Shown here: positions 55,601 through 64,000 of the stretch, one piece after another | Layout of the letters: each line of letters opens with the position of its first letter | Position numbering within the stretch: position 1 is the first letter of the stretch | NCBI GenBank assembly: GCA_037447605.1 | Contig: CM074804.1 | Span: forward strand, 2,108,001 to 2,172,000 | Source: Zygnema circumcarinatum SAG 698-1b | Lineage: Eukaryota; Plantae; Zygnematophyceae | DNA: 64,000 nucleotides | Reading direction: 5' to 3' | Made by a program: the position numbers and the translations under genes | The notes under the pieces: model-generated | The model's database searches: none | The model's input: the letters and a program-made list of their open reading frames with translations, nothing else | Told to the model about the DNA's origin: nothing

Positions 55601-57264
55601 AATGGTGACTTTGTTTTGTTTTTTTGAACCACAAGCGCGGTAAACTATTAGTAATTGACTATGGTTGCGTATGCCTGTTGCCTTTTTGACAACTGTGTCA
55701 GACGCGAAATATGTGAACCAGTTACCCGCAAGGAAACACGAGTGCGTGCAGTAAGCTGCGAGTCATGTTTCACCTTTTTCACGTACGTCTCAGAGCGGCC
55801 CTTAACGGTGAGCCATTGGGGCCGGCCCAAGATCTGCCCCCGCGCCCCCCCCCCCCTCTCCCTTTCCCCCCGTCAGTCCGTCCGCACGGAGGCCGGCCCT
55901 CCGGCCGCAGGCGGGCAGGGAGGGAGGGAGGGAGGGAGGGAGACAGGGAGGGAGCGAGGGAGGGAGGGGGCGCCCACCTGCAGCATGTGGTGGTTGCGCA
56001 GAAAGCTCAGCACCGAGGCCGCTGAGAAGCTCAAAACTCCCTCGGGCCCGCACGACCAGATGGAGGCGCACACGGGCAGCTGCGCTCCCACCTCTCCATT
56101 AGCATACATTCCAACTGCATTTATACAGAACCATAGGTACCATATCCTGGCAAAAGTTTGAAGGTTTTGGACCTAACTCAGTCTGCTTCCCTTCGCCCAG
56201 GTTCCTTCTCAAGTAATCCTCAGCCATATGAAGTTATTGAGAAACAAAGACTCACAAGGTAGCAATCTCGAAACTTAGCCGAATAACGCTGCTCTGCTAG
56301 GAAGTGCCCGAGGGTCTCATGAGGGTCCACTGTCTGATCGCCGGCCTCAATTTTGGCTAAGTACCTGAAACCGCACAATGGGCCCCCTGCTCGTAACACA
56401 AGCTCTCTCTCTCTCTCTCTCTCTCACGCCCTCTCACTGCCGCTCCGTCCATCTGATTGTTACCCATCGGCTTGGCTATCCATCCTCCTGTTGTTCTTGT
56501 TGGCTTCGCGGTCGAGCTCTTTCATAGCAAAATTACCAATCCCGTTGTTTTTGCTAAAAAATGCCACTTTGGCCTTCTCCACACACGTAACTTCTGAAAA
56601 ATCAAGAACAGAACCACACTGCATTCGTCGTCGCAACGTTGATGGCTCCCAGCGAGCAGGGAAGCACACCCAAGCAGCAGCAGGAGAGAGGGGCGAGGGC
56701 GGGGCCTGACTGACTGCAGCACGTGGCCGTGGAAGAGGTACATCTCCCGCAGCATGGCGAGGAAGGCGGGGTTGGCCGCGTTGCGGCGCTGCGCGAAGAG
56801 GCCGCGCAGCCCGTTGCTGCCCCACTCGCAGGAGGGCGCGCTCACGGAGAAGGACATGTCGGAGGGCTCCACCTCCACGCCCACCTCCTCGAAAAACGCG
56901 ATCAGGTTCGGGTACGTCACCTGCCCCCCCCTCCCGCCCGCCCGCTCAGACCGCCTCGCCATGCCCTTCCTTCCAAACAATGCTCTGAGGCGGCCGCGCG
57001 TCCGAGCCGAGCTGCGGAGGGCGGCTGCAGGCGGGCTGCGGCCCTTCAGGGCTTTGAGGGGTTGGAGAGGGCGCGCACCCTGTTGAAGACCATGAAGCCG
57101 ACGTCCACGGGCAGATCCGCCTCCGCGCGCACTGTCTGCGCGTGCCCGCCCACGTGGCCATCGCGCTCGTACAGCACCACCTGCAATCCCGCACGTGCGA
57201 GGGTCCAGGCAGCCGCCAGCCCCGCCACGCCCGAGCCCACCACCGCCACTTTCCTCCCCGCCAT
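49618..57264 (-). CDS. Cyclopropane-fatty-acyl-phospholipid synthase with fused N-terminal FAD-dependent oxidoreductase (amine-oxidase-like) domain; about 20 exons
   Basis: N-domain: KVAVVGSGVAGLAAA (GxGxxG), VGGHAQT, VDVGFMVFNR|VTYPNL, SDMSFSVS, SIWSC, QWLTVKGRS, AWSAWNF, LTYWLN, LVTLNP, QGKRGLWFCGAYQ|GYGFHEDGFK. C-domain: NPAFYWK|VATRADLGLADAYVDGDF, ARRNISDHYDL|SNDMF..FLDRSMTYSCA, HVLEIGFGWG, EMLEAVGHEY, DFIKEYIFPG, IGPHYATTLLRWR, FVRMWDYYFVYCAAGF. Confidence 0.93.
55150..55440 (+). mobile_element. Probable decayed Ty3/gypsy pol remnant (RNase H C-terminal region) in an intron of the CFA synthase gene, antisense to it
   Basis: One frame reads QLGRHLTISVEAMISFEENMRISYIHRTGAGNIIPNYRLSR, resembling the gypsy L.RRQARW.EF..E....I.YR.G..N..AD.LSR motif. 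In-frame stops follow. Confidence 0.45.
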
Positions 57265-57762
57265 GGCGCCCCCTCCTTCTTCCTCCGCCTTCTCCCTCCC
57301 TCCCTCCCTTCCTCTCACTCTCCCTCCCTTCCGCCTCGAGCCACGTCTGCAACAGCTCCTCTACTGTACGCTGCCAATCACCGTACGAGCCAAATGTACG
57401 GATTCAGTGGAGATTGCAGATCGAGTCGGCGCAGGTTGGGGCCGTACCGTGTGTTCGTACAAAGTATCAACGTAGCGCCAGTCACACGCTACCACGCGGC
57501 GGCTGCTCCGTTGAGACACGTTGGCCGATCGGCCGCGCGCGTACGGCCCGCGGCGCGCGTTGGAGCGTAGCGGCGGATATTTGCAGCGGCGGGCGGCGGG
57601 GGGAGCTGCGGCGCGCGCGGGGGGGCGCTGCCTGGAACGAGCGCGCCGGGGGGGGACGTCACCCCGCGCCCTGCTGCCACTGCGGGAGGGAGGGAGGGAG
57701 CGGGAGAAGGGAGGGAGAGGGAGAGGGAGAGGGAGGAGGGGGCGAGGGAGGGAAGGGGCGCC

Positions 57763-60227
57763 ATGTTCCGCGAGATCTGCCTGCTGCGGGCGGAGGATCT
57801 GAGCGTGGAGCTGAGCCCGGGCGCCAGCCGCCTGCTCGCGCGGCTGCCCCACCCCGCAGCCGCAGCGGCAGCGCGCGGAGCCGCCACTCCCCCGGGAGAG
57901 GCTGAGGCGCTCTGGCCCGCCCAGCACCACGAATGCCACGCGGCGCCTGCTGCGGAGCACACGTGGCGTAAGGAGGGAGGCCGCACTGGCTCGCGGTGGA
58001 AGACAGCGGCTAGCGCAGCGCAGCTGCTGACGGACGTCGGCTTCCTTGTGCGTCGCCGCGTCCTCTTCCCTCCGCCTCTGACTCCATGGCGTGGGCGGCG
58101 AAGCGAGCGGAGGGTGGGAGGGTTTGGGAGCCCCCGGGGTTGGCTGAGCGAGGCGGGCGGGCCGGCCTGCAGGTGTACGCGAGCGTGCACGTGGCGGCGG
58201 CGGTGGCGGTGGCGCGGTGGGCGAGTTGGCGGCTGGTGGGACTCTGCGGCGCGCTCTATGGACTGCGCATGTTCGGAATCACCGGCGGCTTCCACCGCCT
58301 GCTCTCCCACAGGTGGTGCTCTGGGTCAGACAAAGAACGGCCTTCTGCCTGTCGAGGAAGAATTAGGGCGTGAGAAACGGGCTCATGACTGAGAGATTTG
58401 AGGAGGTGCAGATCGTACAAGACGTCGCGGGCGGGGCAGCTGGTCATGGCCACTCTCGGGTGCCTCGCCTTCCAGAAGGGCCCCCTCTGGTGGGCGTCGC
58501 ACCACCGCCACCATCACCGGTGCTCCCCCTCCCCCTCCTCCTCCACTGTCTGCTCGGCCGCTATGGTGCGCTGGGAGAGAGCTGTGAAACGCCTCAGTTC
58601 CCCTGCGAGACGCTGTTGGTTCGATACCGCTGAATGAGGTGAGGGGTGGGAGCGAGCAGGACGGCAGACACGGAGGCGGATGCGCACAGCCCCTTGCTTT
58701 GGGGCTTCTGGTGGTCGCACATGGGCTGGTGAGGAACATTACTGTTGCTGCCTTCTGTCTGCCCTTCGTCGCAGGAGAGTAAATACTGTGTGGCCTCGCG
58801 CTAACAGAGGAGGAGGAGGATGGAGCGAGCAGGTTTTTGTGCACCCAAGAGCATTCGGAAGTATTGTGGGCGGCGGTGCCTGACCTCGTTCGGTTTCCCG
58901 AGTTGCAATGGCTGGAGAGGTACTGCGATCCGCCCTGGAAGTGAAATCACGCACTGCCCTACGGAAAAGTTTGAAACTTGCACGCATGCGTTGCAAGAAG
59001 AGTACGATAGAAGCGGGTGCGTGCGGGTCCAGGTACCACTACGTGCCTCCATTGGCGGTGGGCGCACTGCTGCTGGCGGTGACGGGGCTACCGGGCGCTG
59101 GTTGGGGCTTCGCCGTCAGCACCGTGCTTTGCTGGCATGCCACGTGGGTGCAGCTGCTCTGCCTCATCCCCTCTTCAATCACATTTAGCCACAGACTTTT
59201 GGTATCAATCTCACCATAGGTCAATGCGTTCCAATTAATTGGCAGTCGGACTGCAGTAGTTTTAATAAAGTTCAGGAGTGAGTGGTCTGTCTGGGAGGCA
59301 AGCCTCGGTGTTTGCAGCGCGAGTGACGGGACAGAGCGGGTGGGCGCAGATACTGCATCAACTCGGTGGCGCATCTGGTCGGGTCGCGGCGGTTCCGCTG
59401 CGAGTTCAACACACACTGCGGGGCGCGCAACAACTGGTGGCTCGCCCTCGCCACGCTGGGGGAGGGATGGCACAACAACCACCATGTCTGCCTCCCTCTC
59501 CCCCTCCCCCTCCCCCTCCCCCTCTCCCTCCTCCTCCTGCTGCTGCTGCTGCTGCTGCACGGGGGCTTGTCAAAGAGCGGAACGCTGCAAACGGCGACGA
59601 ACGGAATCTTGTTTGGCAGTGCCCAATGGCGTCGCTTGCAGCACTCAGCAGGAGCAAGCTTTGGGCTTCTCATCTCACTGACCTGTGCCTCGTCTGGATG
59701 TGCAGTGCTATATGCGATCTGCTCGCCATGGTTTCTATGCGCATGAGGTGCGCCACTCTCTGTCACTGATTGGCATGTCGACGTTTTTTTAGGGTTTGCT
59801 GTTGTGCTTCGCAAGACCGTGCACCGAGCGCCCGTGCGGCCTTTGCTGCATCTCTCGGGCTGCCTGCTGACGGCGGGCGGAGAGGGAGCATGCAGATCGA
59901 CGTGACGTGGTACATTCTGCTCGCGCTCGAGAAGCTCGGCCTCGTGTGGGACCTCGAGCGCCCTCCTCTGCCAGAGGTGACCCCTCCCCGCGGGCAGACA
60001 GTGAGAGAGAGAGATAGAGAGACTGACTGACTGACTGGCTGACTGACTGATTGACTGATGACTGACAGACAGACGGACAGGCGCTTGCCAGAGAGATAAC
60101 TCATTCGCGTTTCTGCTGTTGTGGGCGTTGGCAGCTGGAGAAGCACCGATACGATGACACCCATTTACAATGTCGCTGTGCTCGGGTCTCACAGGATCTC
60201 AACATCACATCGTCTGCTGCATCGTAG
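57763..60227 (+). CDS. Membrane-bound fatty acid desaturase, delta-9 / acyl-CoA-desaturase-like (bacterial-style motif set); about 10 exons
   Basis: Spliced product: [19 protein letters not shown]|[36 protein letters not shown]|[23 protein letters not shown]|[18 protein letters not shown]|[22 protein letters not shown]|[35 protein letters not shown]|[14 protein letters not shown]|[20 protein letters not shown]. All three His boxes are intact and all junctions are phase-compatible GT/AG. Confidence 0.92.
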
Positions 60228-61109
60228 AACTCAAAGCTGCCTATATATAGACCTACGACCTATTTATTAGGTTTCCCTTCAACTTATAGTTACAGTTTAG
60301 TAGCCGGTTACGTTCTTACCACATAATAGTTCTCATCAATGAACCGTCCGTCCGTCACCGTTCCGTCTGGTGAACTTGACGGAAATCTCATGCTCCTACA
60401 AAGGCAAAGCCTGCATAAGTGTGGGCGAGAGGGTGTTCCCTGTACTTGTATGAATGTTTGTTCACTGAAAATCAGGAAGGAAGTTCTTTCCAATGGGCCG
60501 TCGTCATTCGGTAACATCGCAACCGGCACTGCTTCAGCTGCCTTAGGCCTCCCCCTGCGGAGGGAAGGCGGAGATGCGGGCAGGGCAGCGGGAGGAGGTT
60601 GGAGGCGAGCAGGGCCCGGCGGAAAGCAACAAAGCTCCACCCTCCATTCTTTACATGGTCGCATAGTACGGCAGTGGCACGCTGTAAGCTGTATAGGGTA
60701 GTTCAAAATGGTACTCTTTCCAGAAGAACAAAAAAACAGAGAAAGACTACGAGTGTTACTGGGCCCTTCTTGTAAGCAAAATTGGACCCTGACCTCTACT
60801 AGTTCTACCTAGTGCAAGCGAGGAGTAATTGGCCGCACAGGCGCGGTTATACCTATGGCGGACATTTCTACGAAAGTGCGGGAGAGAAACCTGACCGTAG
60901 CTCAAGCATCCTTCTCTCGACTTTTGTAAACCTAAAGTTTTCCTGACAAAACTGGTCATTTGTGACTATCTGTCATGGCCACAAGAAGCACAATTGAAAC
61001 TCGCACAAGTGTACATAACTATGTGCACTAAGGTCTCCTTCCAACTTCTCGAGGAGGTCTCCATGACGTCCCGACGTTGTCTCGAGTCTCCTTGTCTCGA
61101 ATCATGGAG

Positions 61110-62209
61110 TCAATACAGTCGGATCTGCGCATGCAAACAGAACGGACAGGAAAGTTGAACATCTCTTCAACGATATGTCTGAGTTGTTTGCCAAAGCGCG
61201 AACATAGGACTTAGAAACTGCTGGGAGGGGGTCAAACTAAGTGACAACAGCCTCGCATGCACGTATCAAAATGCAGGGCGGAGGCCACTTATGATTTCGA
61301 GGGCCTTACCCCCAAGGTGACGATTGTGATGACATTGAGGATGATGAACAGCGCTACTAGCAGAAACAGAAAGTCAAGTATGCTCGCCCGAGGATTCACC
61401 TGCACAAAGAGTGCAAAATTCTCCCCTCTGAAGGTAAGTCTTCCGTTTCGTCTCAGTTGTCGTATTTGCACCTTCAGAACGTAGTCCAGCCAGTTTCATG
61501 AGCGAGCTACCCGTTGGACCTGGTTCTTCAGGTTTACAAAATGCAAGTGCAGCATGACATTAAAAGCATAACACCTTGAAGCACATATAAGACGAATGCG
61601 ACACACTTTCAACAGAGTTCCGACTACTCTTGTCAATCGCACAAAAACGGCGAAAAGAGCCCTCAAACGAGACCAAGCAGCTGCCTGCATGTGCATATCA
61701 ACGATAAACAGAGTCGCATCAGGCAGAGGGATACTCCCCTTCAGCACAGTTCAACAATTGAGTCGGTATCAGAAAAGGCCTTGCTCCTGACATACAAACC
61801 GGGTGCACATATAAATTACCTTCTCTCGAAAAACGCTAAAGCCTGCGTAGGCCAGAAGGGGAAACAGGAGCACAGCGGGACCCAGCCACCCAGGAGACTC
61901 TGCGACAGCCTTCTCGGCCTCCTCCGCGACCGCAGGAGGAGCCAGCGCCACGCTGAGGAGCCAGAGGGCGGAGGACGCGCCACCCGCAGCCGGCGGCTCG
62001 GGCTTCACAGAGGCGCTCCTCCTCCCTGCCGACTCCTCGTCATCGGCTCTCGCTGCGCGAGGAGAGGGAGTGCTGCGCAGGCGCCTCCTCGTGCTCAGCG
62101 CAAACCAGCTCGGCAGAGAGAGGGGGAGCGAGGTGGCAGAGCGAGGGGAAGTGGAGAAGGAAGGGGAGGAGCAGGGCCGCCACCGTGCGGAGCACACGAG
62201 GGCAGCCAT
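61110..62209 (-). CDS. Small hypothetical plastid (likely thylakoid) membrane protein with two hydrophobic helices; 3 coding exons (62209-61820, 61399-~61308, 61124-61110)
   Basis: Ser/Arg-rich transit peptide-like N-terminus, then ALAPPAVA-EEAEK, WLGPAVLLFPLLAYAGFSVFREK|VNPRASILDFLFLLVALFIILNVITIVTLG|IRLY*. No family recognised. Confidence 0.7.
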
Positions 62210-62349
62210 GGCCGCCGGTCTCTCGAAATAAGCAGCGAATGGCGCACGCCTTCGTGTAGCGACCCGCCAATTTTTCTTCGAACTCGGGATGCCGCAGCGA
62301 TAGAGAGCGCAGGTGGCGAAGGAGGAGAAAGGAAGGAGCGCGGAGCGCC

Positions 62350-64000
62350 ATGGCTGCCGCGCGTGTCCTGCGGCTGCTCCTGGCGGCCATGGCTCTGGCC
62401 CTGGCTCCCGTTCCTGTCTCGCTGCAGCGCTCAGCCGCTGCGGGGGAGCTCTCGGCCCTGTGTGAGAGCCTCGTGGCGGCAAGGGGCTACCACTGCGAGG
62501 ACCGACGGGTGGGCTTGCTCGTCTGCCTGTGTCCCTCTGCTCAATTTACAACTTGCAATCTGCCCCTTCTCCTGTCTTCCTCCCCTGCTCCTCTTCTCGC
62601 TCCGCCTCTTGGTTTCAACTCCTCTGTCCTTTCTCTGCTTCGTCCTTTTGCCACTTTCGCTGTTCCCCCTTTTCCTCTTGCCTTTTAGAGCTCTCGGGCA
62701 GCGTGGCCGCCACAGGCCCTCTCATAGCCATCGTTTGTGCAGACGACCACTGCCGACGGCTACGTCCTCGCCTTGCAGCGCATATCTTCCTCGTCTGCGG
62801 AGCTGCACGGCGGAGAGCTTCGCCCCCCTGTGCTGCTTCTGCACGGCCTAATGATGGTATCAGAATGCTTATTTTCTGCAATAGAATCTGCGGGTGTCAA
62901 CAGTGGCATTTACTGTAATTATAAATAAATTTGCACAGCATTAGCTATAGCATCAAGAGCAATGTTCTCTAACAACAAAAACATTTATTATAGAAAGAAC
63001 AAAACAAGAAAAAATACAGAATTGGGTAAACTTGCTGTGGACTTGCAGCAATGCACAATTTGTGTTTATAGAAAAAAATCTCCTACTTGCACAAGACATA
63101 CTAGAATTCCGCACTAGGTGCAGCAGCAAAACTTCCTCTTAGAGCAAAACAAGCTCAGCCTTCCACACCGTCCCTTCCCACCACCACCTCCTGTTCTCGG
63201 CTTTGTGCCGGATACGCAAACTACTCTGCCTTTGTTTCGGAACAGTTGTGACCTTTCAGACTACGGACTCCTAGTGCAGTATGTGAACCCATTTTGGGAA
63301 ATAAGCAATGGGGCCGAGGGGAGATCAGGACGGGCCAGGGCGCAGAGACGTGGCTCCTGAACTCCCCCGCCCAGGCCCTTGCGCTCGTGCTCGCCGATGC
63401 GCCCTTCGATGTGTGGCTGGGCAATACTCGGGGCAGCCGTTGGAGTCACGGGCACATCACCCTGCCGCGTTCCGGCAAGGTATGTGCTCCTGCGTCTCAG
63501 CTATGTGCTGAGGGAGAAGACGCGTTGACTGCCGGGGAACCGCTGACAGTGCCCCCTTCCTGGGAACAGAAATACTGGGATTGGACTTGGGACGAGATTG
63601 CGAAATACGATCTTCCAGCCCTGCTGCTGCATGTCTCTGAAGCGAGCAAGCAGTCTCGAGTACTTTTTGTTGGCCACTCTCAGGTCCGTTCTCACCTTTG
63701 CCCCTAGAGGTGTTGCCATGTTGCATTAATGGTTGAGAGCTTGACGGGGCTATCTGCACCAGTCGTAAGGCGTGTTTTGCTTCACTATTACGAATGGTTT
63801 GATTTAAATTAAATGAATTAAATTTCAGTTCCTCCTACTGTACTGTGGCCTGTGAGCCAGCCTGCCAACGGTCAACGCGGTAGTGACTGGTGTGCAGGGC
63901 ACCATGGTAGCTCTGGCAGGAGCTATACAGCAGCCGTTAGTTGCTCACAGTGTGGCAGCTGCTGTCCTTCTCGCCCCCATAGCACACCTCGCACATGTCC
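62350..64000 (+). CDS. Secreted/vacuolar acid triacylglycerol lipase (LIP1-like, alpha/beta hydrolase); multi-exon, runs off the 3' end of the window
   Basis: Signal peptide, LCESLVAARGYHCED, TADGYVLALQRI, PPVLLLHGLMM|GAETW, LADAPFDVWLGNTRG, YWDWTWDEIAKYDLPA, FVGHSQ|GT (GxSxG), AAVLLAPIAHL. Confidence 0.9.

Overview
Gene-dense, intron-rich nuclear DNA of a green plant-lineage eukaryote. The land-plant-like proteins, compact spacing and many short introns suggest a streptophyte alga such as Closterium, which is an inference. I reconstructed 14 spliced or single-exon genes by hand from GT/AG boundaries and motif recognition: CAF1-like CRM splicing factor (5'-truncated), plastid lipid phosphate phosphatase epsilon, dihydrofolate synthetase, a divergent DGDG synthase, RAY1-like arabinofuranosyltransferase, HEMA, zf-CW/MBD protein, plastid release factor 1, COP1, plastid GNAT1-like acetyltransferase, PCH2, an FAD-oxidase/cyclopropane-FA-synthase fusion, a bacterial-style membrane desaturase and a LIP1-like lipase (3'-truncated). 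There is also a small unknown plastid membrane protein, an Argonaute pseudogene fragment, an interstitial (TTAGGG)n array and several satellites. The best candidate for a new system is the head-to-head pair of the desaturase and the oxidase-CFA synthase fusion, which mirrors a bacterial fatty-acid-modification operon. The second is a recurring CCAAT-N9-CCACG(T) composite promoter element. Gene identities come from remembered motifs, not database searches, and exon boundaries are manual predictions.
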